In this document: positions 10,093 to 23,000 of the stretch, in pieces
Position numbering within the stretch: the stretch's first letter is position 1
How the letters are laid out: each line of letters starts with the position of its first letter
NCBI GenBank assembly: GCA_002104905.1
Contig: MCFE01000386.1
Coordinates: 1 to 64,000 of the forward strand
Reading direction: 5' to 3'
DNA length: 64,000 bases
DNA from: Basidiobolus meristosporus CBS 931.73
Lineage: Eukaryota; Fungi; Basidiobolomycota
The notes under the pieces: generated by a model
Databases searched by the model: none
What the model was told of the DNA's origin: nothing
Seen by the model: the letters and a program-made list of their open reading frames with translations, nothing else
Program-made: the position numbers and the translations under genes

Positions 10093-10524
10093 TTACAACT
10101 CCAGCGAATGAGGGTGCGTTTCATTTTTGAGCCGCGACATGGTGAGATAGGGTGAAGCGCTCACACTATCCCAAAGCAGACGGGCCACTCTTTGGATCTC
10201 GGATGTGACCATCTCATTGACCCGGTGTAGTTCAGTCTTCTTGTGCTGGGCCTGGGATGAGTATCGTTGGAGCAGGAATCGGCCTTCACTGTGATACTCG
10301 GCTTTCATCTGGTTTAATCTCTTGAGTGCCTTTGTGGCATCGAACTCGGGATGTATGATGTCTCGGGCCACTTCTCGGACCACCGGACGAATCTTCTTGT
10401 TGTGCAACTCTTTCAGCTCGTGTACCACGTCAGGCTCTCTGTCTCTGAACTTTGAGAGATCAGGGATGGCAGCATGGGACAATGGAATGGACACAAGCAG
10501 GCAAAGTATAGGAAATGTGCGCAT
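10093..10524 (-). CDS. Small secreted helical hypothetical protein (143 aa)
   Basis: ATG at 10524 gives MRTFPILCLLVSIPLSHA (signal peptide); TATATA upstream; intronless ORF. Confidence 0.7.
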   Translation of the reverse strand: MRTFPILCLLVSIPLSHAAIPDLSKFRDREPDVVHELKELHNKKIRPVVREVARDIIHPEFDATKALKRLNQMKAEYHSEGRFLLQRYSSQAQHKKTELHRVNEMVTSEIQRVARLLWDSVSASPYLTMSRLKNETHPHSLEL

Positions 10525-10796
10525 CTTCGTGAATGGCTGGCTATCGAGCAGAGTAAGGTTTATATGAGCAATCAAATCATTTGTTTCAACCTCGGTTTTA
10601 TATATATGCAGCGCAAAACAATCTATTCGACGAAATTGGTTACAGTCATCCTCAATGATAAAGGAGAGAGGGGGTTACAGGGGCTTATATCCTCAACAAT
10701 AATAGTGGAATAAGAGAGATCTCATCTATATGGGAATAATCAGCAAGAAACTAAGGATAATCGCTGAGTTATCTATTCATATCATCAGGTCGGCCA

Positions 10797-11899
10797 TCAA
10801 CTGCACGGGGTACCAAAGCGCACATCCCAATAACTCAGATGATCATCGCTATCGAAAAGCATTCTATTTCCGCGTATACAGGACAGATCTTCGACAAACT
10901 CCCCGTCCTGTATTTTATTCTGGCAAAGGACCGTGTAACCCTCCTCCCGGATCCAGTTTTCCTGCGGGTAGTGCCTGAACCCGAGAATGGTAGGAGGGAA
11001 GTGGGGGACGGATCTTTTCGTGAGGTTACTCGTATCAGATTGGCGCCATCCTCGGACGACGATAGTGTCTCAAAGACCAGGCCGAGCGAAACCAGAGTTT
11101 CCGATGCGGGGTCCGCCGTAGGTGTGAACAAACATCTTCTTGGGGTTGATGGCAAAACTTTCTGCGGCCTTGTCACCGCTGTAGTTTTGGGAAAGATCCA
11201 TGGCGGCAAATACCGCTATGGCTGCACCCTGGAATATGAAGATGGGAGTTAGAATCTCAAAGAAGCGCCGTCAAGAATCGGTGTGTACCAGTGAATGGCC
11301 AGTGACTATGAGCTCGTATTCCGGAAATTCGTCGGCTAAAATCGACCCAAGCAGCTCAATGGCATCTCTCACCTGCGCCCTGAGGGATTCGTACGCTCGG
11401 AAAAACCCGCCATGCACCTTGATACCGAGCGGATAGTCGGATGCCTGGTGAGGGTATTCGAAATCTATGGGTAAAAATTGGACGTCATGTATCCAGTTCT
11501 GAATATTGCTTGAACTAGGTCTCACATTAGTCCATATAGTCGCAAAATGGCGCAAAGGAATGAAACCTACCCTCGAAAAGAGACCACCATCTTGCGCTTG
11601 TCAGGATTGTATCCCATAAACCCTGCGACTTGGCTCGATGGGGACACAAAATAGGATGTTACGTTTAGCCCGCTTTCACATCGATCTCCACAGCTCCAGC
11701 TCATCACCCTCTCCGTAGGGCAATAGGCAGCTGCTGCGTATCTCGCATGTAGCTTTAGATCCTCTACAATTTTCTCCGAGACCACGTTGAGATGGGAATT
11801 TCTATGATTCCACAAGCTCGGTAGGTGGATCAGAGGGCTCCATAGAGAGGCCATAGTAAACGAGGGGATGATTGTCAACAGGATTAGAAATCGGTTCAT
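10797..11899 (-). CDS. Secreted class 3 lipase (2 introns; two compensating 1-bp indels in exon 3)
   Basis: Signal peptide; YAAAAYC, VVSFRG, VHGGF, GHSLG nucleophile elbow, YGGPRIGN, RVT..KD.VPH.PP and terminal DHLSYW. Frame shifts near 11080 and 11010. Confidence 0.88.
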
Positions 11900-11903
11900 A
11901 TCG

Positions 11904-11954
11904 TTAGGTTGGGGTTAAAGGGAGGGGAGGTTAAGGTTAGGGGTTAGGGTTGGG
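11904..11954 (+). other. G-rich, telomere-like (TTAGGG-related) tract with G-quadruplex potential just upstream of the lipase ATG
   Basis: TTAGGTTGGGGTTAAAGGGAGGGGAGGTTAAGGTTAGGGGTTAGGGTTGGG: six runs of 3 or more G. Confidence 0.6.
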
Positions 11955-12405
11955 TTTTGGTCACGAAGGAAGTTCAAGCTTCCACTCCAAAGGAATTGGC
12001 GGAGGTTGGCGGATATAAGTAATTGAATTTGGCGAGGAGGCTCCAACCTTGCGTACATTGGTCTACATCGAAATCAACAACACGTCAATCGGAATATTAT
12101 TGTTGATCCGAGTATGCCATAGATTTGCCCCCTCTTTCCATCAGGTGTCTTAGAAATCATCGCATTTGACGCTAACGGTCCACAAAGCCTAACCTAACTG
12201 TCTGTTGACCAAACAACTCCCAAATGAAGGCTCGAACACTTGATGATACAAAAGTAAAAGAACCCTGTTCCGGTTTAATTATCATTTCTTTTATAGTGAT
12301 TAAAAGCGATACATGGAAGAACAAGGTCAATATAGAATGATGGGGTTCGAGGGAATGGTGGCAGAATCATCCAGGTCAGGCTAACAGTGAAATCTGCTGT
12401 GTCAT

Positions 12406-13441
12406 TTAGTTCTCTTCTTTGTCAATGTAGGAGCCAGGAGCATGGGGATCCTTCCTCAACTCCAACAAAAGCTCCTTCATTCTTGAGGTGTCTCTGGTGG
12501 ATTTCACATTACGGTTGCCAGAGTTCGCCACGTCGATCTCACGCCACACCAACTCCCAAGGGGAGCCGCCTTCAGAGACGTGTCCCTCAAGACCTCCGTT
12601 CTCTCTAAACGATTCGAAATAGAGTGATGAGTATTTCTTCGGAACGGAGTAGGGGCGGGTACCGAGGTTACCTATTACGCTCAAAGTTGCGCTCTTTCTT
12701 GGCATTGTAATCCTCATAGAAATCATCGATCGCCTTACGGGCCTCTTCCTTGGTTTCGAGATGTTTGGTTTCCGCCACCTCATCACGCTCCGCAATAACT
12801 GCGTTCTGCTTCTCACGCCATTCCCTAATACAAGGTGCGCTTGTTAATACTGATACTGGAGAGCTATGCTCAAGCCAAAGAGAAATGTCCACAATACTTG
12901 ATAAACTCGGAATCTGGCTCAGGCTGCTTGTAAGAGCTCTTGCTCAGGTTCGGAGATTTGTAGGTAGACTGAGGGGATTTCATGGAAGAGAAGCCTGGGC
13001 TGCTGGCTTGGGGGCTGGTGAAGAAATCCTAAGCATCGCAAGATAGTGAGTTTGGTCGAAGCGCGGAACATCGACCATTCGAGATATACTTACTGGGCCT
13101 GAGGTGTCTAGTGCTGGGTATTCACTTGAGAAGTTGGCAAAGTCATCCTGGCTCATTTGACTAGGCTGGGTTTGCGATTTGGGAAGCGGTACGTTCTCTG
13201 GCTCTGGGAAACTATCCAGAGCAGGGAACTTATCCATGCTGTAATTGCTCTGAGATTGAGATTGAGGAAGAGGTACATCTTCTGGCGCAGCGATGTTATC
13301 CAGAGGTGGGAACTTATCCATGCTACTGTCATCAAACTTCAAGTCATCACTACCTCCGGTCAGGAAACTGGCATCATCTCCCAAAAGTTCGCGTTCCCGG
13401 GCGAGGAAATCGGCTGTGGGGTCTTCGGTAAAATCAGCCAT
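12406..13441 (-). CDS. CLC1: Clathrin light chain (multi-exon)
   Basis: DPTADFLARERELLG at the N-terminus; IREWREKQNAVIAERDE coiled coil; PWELV..D.SRMKELLLELRKDPHAPG at the C-terminus. Confidence 0.9.
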
Positions 13442-14212
13442 GTTGATGTTGTTTCTAATTGACAGAGGGTGGAAGTGTAAGAAAAAGGTAAAGAAAGTTG
13501 TGAGATGAGTTTGGTTCCTATTGTGCCTCTAATATCAAAGGAAACTAGGGCAATTAACGACGGCACATATAACTCACCTGGATTGATTTTCTTGGAGAAC
13601 AACAACGTTCGATGAACTGATTTTACTTGCCTATGCGTAATTGAATATTAACGAATGGCATTCGACCGAGTTTGGGGGAAGGTATTCATAAACACCACGG
13701 ATTTCTTGGCCAATTACGTCACTAAGATTCGATTAGATTGTGTCCCAACCCACCATCAAAGACTCTATGAGTCACGTGATGTGCTGGTATGTTTAAGCCA
13801 AATGTCAACTTGGTTTATTTTCTGCTAAACGACTGTGGAAACTGTTGGGTTTTGGTCAATTTATTAAGTGAGAGGGAGCCAAATGGTATGTTGTGAAAGA
13901 AATGCTCTTACGGATATGGGATCTCTATGTACACATAAATTCAACGAGAACCAGAAAAATAACGCGAAAATGCAACCACGAACAGACCAGATAAATGCAT
14001 ACAACAACGATGACAACAACAACAGACCTGAAGAGAAACCAAACAATGAAAGGGCAAGCCTATATCAACATGATATGTATGTGTACGTGAATGGAAAGGG
14101 GAGTAAATAAATGGTGGTTTTTTTGTATAAGTGGCTATATAAACAATTATCCGTGCAAATGGGAATGGGAATGGGTATTTGAGATGATTTACATCTCCAC
14201 AAGCTTCGATAT

Positions 14213-16617
14213 CTACATGTCTTCTGCGACCGAGGAGACCGACTCTACCTCGGTGAAATGGTCAGGATTATCCAAGTCAAGGAAACTGGAAATGTCGTCT
14301 GAGAACTCCTCGCCATCGACCTCTGAGCCTTCTTCGATCGAATAAGCCGTATCCGGTTGAATTTCGTCAAGGTCGTTCGGATTGGCCTTGCTCTTGGAAG
14401 GGCGGCGTGAGCTGGTGGAATCGTCGAGTGCCGAGTAGCTCTTCATTTGTTTAGATTGGAGTCCCAATATTTGATTCAACTGGTGTCCAACTCCGGAGAA
14501 AAAGCTCTTGCTAGTTGGGTGCAAGCAACGAGGAGCAATCCCGATGTTAGCCACGTAATTATCACGAGGCTTCAAACTGGCAGCTCTAGAACGCATGAAT
14601 TGCTTCAGCCTAGATGACACCTGGGCTGGATTGAAAGCGGCAATATGCGGAGGCAATTGAGAAGGAAAGTAGTTGGAAAGGTCATAGTCAAGAAAAGGCC
14701 CAAGCTTATGCTGAAGTGAGCATGTGGCCGCCAGTTGACGAGCTCTTTGCAAGGGAATCCAGGTACCAAAGAGCGGACTCTCTCGGCGGCGAATTCGAAT
14801 TCTTCCGACTTCCAAACTCAACACCACCGCCTGCTCCTTCTCGCTTTCCACACCACCAACACTGAGAAGTGTGGTGGCATTTACGTAACCAGAATCGTAG
14901 CGGCGTAGCAGTTGATAGGTATTGATGAGGCCTTCTGCAGGGCCGACAGTAGTGACGTAAAATGGCAAGGACTCCACCATGGTAATATATATCTGAGGTG
15001 ATATGGATGCAACGGGCGATATGAGCATATTGGGATTGAATTCTGCGCCAGCGGTGACGCGGCCCTTGTGCTTAGTGCTTCTCGACTTGGTCTTCGCGCT
15101 CTGAGTGGAGCTGGGAATTGGCTGGGAGAGTTTACTATGGCTCTGAGGAGCTGCAGGCATGACTTTGGTATCGGCAGTGGTATTCACTACATCCTTTTCC
15201 AGGTCTTCAAAACGAAGAAATGATGATACCTCATCAACCGGATGTGGTGCAGCCACAGTACGTTCCAGTGCAGGACTCGTTAGAAGACCGTTCAAGGAAT
15301 CATCTGCTTGAGCAATTTCGGACTGATCAATGGATTTAGAATCCAAGAGTTGATCTGTTGAGATTGGTTCCGGATCCATGATCAATATGTCCATTTTGGA
15401 ACTAGTGGTAATATTATCATTGCCATGACCAATCCCGTTGATTCCTAGAAGCTCGTCCAATTCAGGGATTTGTAACGTTTCGATACTAAGAGCATCATGG
15501 ATATCGCATTTGGCATCTGGCGGTGCGCCCTGATTAAGAAAAGCATCGTCGAAAAAAGATGGTTGAATGGTGGATATCGCATCCAGACTTTCAGAATCCC
15601 TTCTTGGTGATGGCTCAGGAGTCATGAGTGGAGACTCGCTGCTCGCTCCGCTCTCGGTGCTATGCGCAGAATCGGAATGGAACCCTTGATCTGATAGAAG
15701 GGCAGAGAGCCCAGTATCTTGGCTACTATCCATATTGGTCAAAAAATCAAATTCGAGGTCACCGTTCATCATGTCTTCGCAGAAATCACTCGGCTCAAGT
15801 TCGCATTCACTGCTGGAATCCATGTCGGTACGATCATCGACGGACTCGTCACCGTCGTTAGGAGACTCCTCACAGGTGGAGTTGTCGCTTGAACTCTCGT
15901 ACTCAATCGGAATAATGGTGTCAAAATTGAAGGCATTCCTGTTTTGATCATAGAGATCGATAGCAATCGCTGACGCGTTATCGCCATTCCAGCTATCTTC
16001 GAAAGGTAGAGAAGCAACCATCTCGGACTCCTCAAGAAAGTTAGGCTTGATCCTCTTCATGGGTTGATCCATTAGAGAAGACGGCCTTTTCCTACTTAAC
16101 GAGCCAGGAAGTTCGGTAGGAAGCTGACTGCCGTTGCCATATGGCAGGTAGTATTTTGCGTTAGAAGGATTCGCCCGGTCTTCCAGTTTAGCCAAAAGGG
16201 CAGAATTTGAGGATTGAAGGCGGGAGCTATACTCGAGATATTGACCGATGCGAGCAGAAACTGTAGCGGATGGATTTGGTCCACTGAATATAGGTATCGA
16301 GGTTAGCACGCGCTTTGCGAAGGTTTCATAGAGTGAGCGCTGACGGTACATAACGAAGGTTATGTTGTCAGTGAGTTACGAAGAGATGCTTACCCAAGCA
16401 CAGCGAGCCTGTATTTCACAATACAGTTGGCTATCTCTTGAGAGGAACAAGGCGTGTTACCCATCAACACTAAAGCCTTAACAACAGCAGTAATGAGCTC
16501 ATCTTGGCTTTCGTCGGAGGAGGCTTTCAAGCCCCACGACACAACGGACTTGTTGCCGTTTGGAAGTTGCCCACCTTCGTAATACTGGGGAAAACTTTCA
16601 AACGCAAGCTCGGGCAT
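14213..16617 (-). CDS. Transcription factor with N-terminal Gds1-type winged helix and C-terminal APSES/KilA-N-like domain
   Basis: KALVLMGNTPCSSQEIANCIVKYRLAVLG|GPNPSATVSARIGQY across an intron; LLRRYDSGYVNATTLL...GTWIPLQRARQLA APSES-like motif; long acidic disordered middle. Confidence 0.75.
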
Positions 16618-19308
16618 TGACAAAAACAAATAGCATACAACAGAAGAGTCTGAAAGGTTGATCAATGTGCAATCCTGCTGCACTCTTCTAGCGAAAATTG
16701 ATAGAAAGCTGTCGTGTATATAAGGCTGAAACCTCAAGCTAAGAAGCAAGAAATAGAAGATATCCAAACCGACCTTTGTGTCATCCCTCCACTATTTATG
16801 CTAACCTCCTTGGTTAGGATATCTTGGTTTCATCAAGTACGAACCTCAATCCCAATCGGGAAAGTCAAAATACAGATGGCCGAGGATCCAGATGATCCTA
16901 TTCGATCCGGCAGCTGGTTACTTTGATTGGCTTAAGATGTTGGAATATCATTGGAGAATTCAGTGGCTTTTTTATATCCCCTCATTCTCAGCCAAGAAAA
17001 ATGCTATTACATTGGGGATATATTGGGGATTGATGGATTTGGTGAAATATGACTTCAAACATCGATCATTTAATCTCGACCTGATTAGCAGCCTCTTTAA
17101 CCTCTCTTTAGTTGCTGACATGAGAACAGCCGATGCCCCCCGCTCCCGCAGCGTAGCTAGGAGAGAAATGAACGCGCAATCTGAGGCTAATGGTTCGAAC
17201 GTGTCCTATCCGCAATCGCCTGCCGGCTCATTTTGGTGAGATGCCTGTCTGTCGCCAGGTTTAGATTCATAAAAGCATCAACCCAAAACCTCATCATTGG
17301 TGTCTTCCCATACCTTGCTTTTGGTCTCCAACTACCGTGATTGGCCGCCAGGGGTTATATTGAGCGGGGCATTATATCAGCCCTTTTATTTCCCCAGATC
17401 GTAGATCCAATTTATCATCCTGTTATATTCCATACATATTTATATGAGGAGCTTACTGTATGATGATGGAGATGCCAGGGTTTTATAAAAACAGGAAAGC
17501 CTCCAATTTTTCCATTGGTCAACATTGGCCAATGTTGACACCTCAAGGACGTACGCCGGCTAGAAACCATTGGTCCCAGTGAATATGATCGTAATTTAGA
17601 AAATTAGATTGTGCAAGTGTAGGTGCCAGTCAACGATCATCAATAGAGTAAACTCGGGTAGCACCAAACCGATCCAAATGGAAGACATGCGTGTGTTGGT
17701 GCATGCTGCGCAGTTTTATTCCACGGAGAGTTTCGGAGGTCTGAACCCTTCGGAAGCTCTTGATCATTTTTCCTGAGGATGTGCAGATGAAACCTTGCTA
17801 GTTTGACGTGGGATGGCTCTCCACGAAGTGGATCCGAGCTTCTCGATGAAGATTCCCACAAACAGATGCCGCTCGGTTAGCATTTAACACTCCAATCAAG
17901 GTTGGTTTTTAGCCGGCTCTCTTCCCACGAAAGCACGCTGACAGTTCAGATTTCGTCGGATCTTTAAAGTAACTGGAATCACCAACCTGTCACTTTAGTG
18001 ATACACGCATAAAGCTGAAACATCCAGGCTTAGGATGTAGTATTGGAAATCAACCCACTAAAGTGTCCGAAAATAAGAGAAAGCCTCTGTGCTATGGAGC
18101 CTCATACCCTTTGAATCTTCTGGGCCTGGACATGGTTACAAATGCACAGTAGGACATTGTACCTCCTGAGTCATAACGTCCAACTAGTTTATCAATTAAT
18201 TTGGACAACGGGATGAAAACCTCGCATCCGAGAGTATATGGATTGGAAACTGGGTCGCGTCATTAGATAAGCACTGAGTCCGAATTCTCAGTATGTATGG
18301 CCAACATGTGTAACTTGGTGCGCGAAGTCGTACAACGGAAGGTGAATGAGCCGCAGCCAGCTCTGGAGTACATATTGAAGGCATTTATAGAGCCATAAAC
18401 GCATAGTACTTTATTCTATTTGAATGCCAAATTTAGTGAAAGCACGAGTTGACATGCCGTTCGAATTGGCGAATTAAGCTGATGTTTAGGAGAGGCAATT
18501 TATCCATAGAATGGGCCAATTGGTTATAGCTGGGCTCCGGCAATTCATTGCCAATATTTCTATATACCAACTAATTAATTCGATTAGTGGTGAAGATCTT
18601 TAGATATTGGTATATAATAGGCGAGAAAAATGCTCTTTCCGAAACATCTGTGGCTTAAGTCCTTTCGAAAGACTGAGCCGACAATGGTCGTATCTATCAC
18701 TATATAAGCCCATTGATTGTTGCTCGTATCAGTGACTATATCAACCTCCGCAACAATATACCGCTTCGTGTTAACCAGAACAATATTTTGCCCCGGCTGG
18801 TATCACGAAGACTCGGCGCACAGACGAGGGCGATGATTTTCTGCTGTCTCTGAAAATGCTATGGTGTGGCCAATGGGTGGTGTGGTAGTTCCCCGCATAT
18901 CAACTCGTTTGGAGCCCGCCTAAAATTGTCGTAATTCGCCACTTTACAACACTCAGGAGCCGTTTATTGGGCACTAATGATGGATAAATGATTATCACCT
19001 GGGTGATTGTTTTCACTGCTGTTGACGTAATTTACATTCTAGTTAAATGGCTGAATGTGCTAATACGCGAGATTGCAATGATAATCCTAGTGGCATGGAC
19101 GAGGTTACTTGGAGGATTACAGGGGTGGATTGATTGGGTTGATTGGATTGATTCATGAGCTTGACTCTTATTTATGTACCTTGCTTTGTTAACTTGTATT
19201 TATGCAACTTGCTTTAATCCCGCACAGTCCACTCAACCTTAATCCAGTACTTCAGTGTACACGTAGCTGCTTCAATGTCTAAATCCCCAGATCTTTAACA
19301 GTAAATCG

Positions 19309-19530
19309 TCAGGAGGTTGGTTTCATTGCTGGTTTCTTTGACACCTTGTCATCGGTGGGCAACAGCTCAATCGAGAGACAGCGCCCGAGACTTGAATCAT
19401 CGGCGATTTGATGGTTGTAGATGACCAATCGTTGTTGGTCGGGTAAGGGTTCATGAGGTTGCAGAGCAGAGTGTGTTGCGTTTCTGTTGCTAATGTGCAA
19501 CTGTAGGGGTGTTTCATGACGGAGCTCAAA
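19309..19530 (-). pseudogene. Ubiquitin-like domain fragment
   Basis: PDQQRLVIYNHQIADDSSLG aligns without gaps to ubiquitin [20 protein letters not shown]; no ATG or clear first exon found, and no C-terminal GG. Confidence 0.35.
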
Positions 19531-20071
19531 TTAATGTTGACCGGTGTGGGAACAGGTTATTGCCAGCAGAGCTTTTTATTCCAATGGGATCGACAGTGAG
19601 TTCAACATTGTAGATCAGTGGTTACCATCTTCAAACAGATATTACCTGCATGGGATAGTGGTTGAGACACTAACCAAGAATGTTTGTTACCGTCGTTGTT
19701 ACCTTCGCCTTTCCTAAATGGGATAGCTCTGTTGTGTCTGGCAGTCACTGGTATACTTATATTGACTCTACACCCTCAAGTTATTATGAGCACTTCTTTT
19801 CTCTGTTATTCTTGCAAGCAATAGAAAAGCCAACATCATTCCTACCTTCGTGAATAGCTATAGAGTAGCACGCTCTTCTTGCTGCGCCAGAATTAACGTG
19901 TTAGTGCACGAGCTTTACACTGCCTGGTAAGGCGCCTTACATCGAGCTTCCAAAGAAGTATTCTAAAGCCTACAATAAGGTTTTCCCCTTTCAAACCTCC
20001 TACAGAGTGTCCAGCTTCAGGCGCCATGCCATATCTCAAGTTCAATAAAAACAATGTGGAGAATTCTATAG

Positions 20072-23000
20072 TCCGAAAACGAAAGTACCGAGCTGGCCGT
20101 TGCTGAGCTGATCGAGTTGAAAGATTGGTCTAAAACTCCTCTAGGTCCGAAAGCAGGTTGGGGGGACCATCTCAAGTGGATTCTTAATCTAGTTCTCCAC
20201 TCGCCCTTTCCAATGGCAGTTTACTATGGGAGTGAGCTCCTGCTATTCTATAACCAAGCTTGGATACCGGTTCTCGGGGATAAACACCCTGCAGGTAAAG
20301 TCATTGGTTTACAACATGGAAACCATATATTGACCCTCTTTGTATCAAAGCTTTTGGGGAACCCGGTCACAAGATATGGTCAGAGGTTTGGTACGTTGTG
20401 GAACCTATGATTAGGAAAACCTACTTGACTGGGGAGACCACATACATGGATAATTATCTATTCATCTTGCAGCGCGCCAGTTACGAAGAGGAGGCTTGGT
20501 TTCGGTTTTCTCTTTCCCCGGTTTTTGATTCGAACGGAGGTATTGTTGGTGTGTTCAACACAGTATACGAACAAACACAGCAATTTATTGGTCATCGCCA
20601 GTTTACTGTGTTGAACGAAGTTGGAAAATTGACACGTGCTGCCCAGTCCCACCTAGAGGCATGCCATTTGGTCATCTCAGCACTCAAAAGTCACAACGAT
20701 GATGTACCCTGGTCCATGATATATTATCCTTATCGATCGAACAGTGTCTCTTCGTTGAGCCTTGTCTCCAGTAGCTTCGGGGAAGATATCAGCAGTAGTG
20801 GATTAGACCCCAGTGTTGTTCGAGATTTGACGAACGTAATCGAGGCAGACGTATGCTTAGATTACTGGCCCGGCGTCAAAGTCGCAAATTCCGGCGAAGC
20901 TGAGCTTACCAGGCTTCCGGGAAACACACGGGCGGTGTTTCTTCCTCTTTTCGTAACCCAGATTTCCGAAGGTCACTTGTTACCGGTGATGGTATGTGGA
21001 CTCCGCCCGTTGCGGCCTCTGGACGACAATTATCAAGATTTCTTCTCTCACCTTGCTGCATATGTAACTGCAGCGATAAAATCGGGGATAACATGCGAAG
21101 AGGAAAATAATCAGATCCAAAAGTTAGCCGAACTAAATCGATCCAAGACGGCATTCTTCCAAAATGTATCTCATGAACTTAGGACGCCATTGACGCTGAT
21201 CCTAAGCCCTATGGAGCAGATATTGCGCGAGCAAACACTTCCACACAAAACCCACCAGAGCCTACTGATGATCCAGAGAAACAGCAGGCGATTGTTGAAG
21301 TTGGTCAACACGCTTCTCGAGTTCAGCAAAATCGAAGCAGGAAAGAGCACTGCGGTTTTTCAGAAAACCCAAGTTTCACTGTTCACTCGGGAGTTGCTGG
21401 CATCGTTTGAGTCGACCGCGGAGACTCTGGGAATCAAATTTGTCATCGAGATTCCAAAGATCTTCCCCCAGCATCCCATCTACCTTGACCAGGATATGTG
21501 GGAGAAAATACTGTTTAACCTGGTTTCAAACGCGTTCAAGTTCACTAAAAACGGTACTGTGATGGTTAGACTACGGTTGGGCGTCCTTGGCACAGTCGAC
21601 AGGCAACCCGTCGAAGCAATTCATTTGTCAGTAGCCGACACAGGGATAGGCATTTCGCAAGAAGACATGAAGCATTTGTTCGACCGCTTTTACTGTACCA
21701 GGAGCGTTGAAGCTCGGTCATACGAGGGAACTGGAATAGGGCTTGCTCTAGTCAAAGAGTTGGTTCAATTCCATTCCGGGATCATTGATGTCGAGTCGGA
21801 AGAGAGGGTTGGGACAACGTTCAACGTGTTTATTCCAACCGGGAAATCACACATTCCACCGGAATTTATCCTAGATGATAGCGGCACGTCATATGGAGTA
21901 AATGCCAAAAAAACCGCAACGCTTTTCATAGACGAAATGCAGCAATGGGCCTCCACCACTCAAAAGTCCCCATCTCCGGTTAAGCTAGACGCGGCTCCAA
22001 AAGGCCCATCTTCTACGCAAAAGTCATGTGTTCTTCTAGTGGACGATAACTGTGATATGCGGCAATACATACGCGCTTTGCTAGAGGATGAGTTTGAGGT
22101 ATTGGTGACATCGAATGGGCTCGAGGCTCTGGATGTGATAGAATCCCGAATACCAGACCTAGTTTTGACAGGTAAGCGCACCACCATTAGTATAATTCTT
22201 GTTGAGCGGTTTCTGAATATTCTATCCATAGATGTGATGATGCCTCATTTGGATGGATTGGAGCTATTAAAAGCGTTGAGAAAGGATCGTCGAACATCCA
22301 CGATCCCAATCGTGTTTTTGTCTGCACGAGCAGGCACTGAGGCTTCCACAGAAGGCGTAGAGGCTGGAGCTGACGACTATCTTGTAAAACCGTTTTCTAC
22401 TCAAGAACTACTTGCTCGTGTTCGTACCAATATCAAGTTGAACAAACTAAGACACGAGCTTCTCGTACAGCAACAAATGCAAACAGAGTCCAAGCAAATG
22501 GTGATCAACATTTCAGGGAAAATCCGGGCTAGAATTGGCCTGGAGAGCATCCTGCAAGAGACGGCTAATGAAATCAGAGCAGCGTTAAATGCAGACGGAA
22601 TATTGATTTGTCGTAGCTCAGGGGGCCAGCATGAGTTCATTGTCCATGCAGAAGCACGGTGCCCGAACTCCAGGTTCCAGTCTTTCCTTGATCGAGCGTT
22701 CAGTTATGTCTCTGGACCAACGCTGGTCGAGTTCTTCAATGATGGCGGTTCGGTCGACCTGACTAATCTGTTTCCATCGGATTTCTTCGAAGACTGCTGC
22801 TTTGTTGGAGTACCAATTATGCTGAATGATGAGCACTGGGGCTGGATTGCAGCACGTCAGAGACCTGGTCTTGCTTGGAATGATCAACAAAGCTCTCTGG
22901 TCGAACAGATAGCAACACAGGTCGCTCTAGCCATTTCCCATGACAAACTTGTCAGTGAAAGAATCTATCAGGAGATCCAAATTGAGGCGGCAAATGCTGC

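Noticed and set aside
16714-19200. Short ORFs in the large intergenic region
   Set aside because: No motifs, signal peptides or consistent splice structure in the frames I translated; treated as promoter or non-coding sequence.
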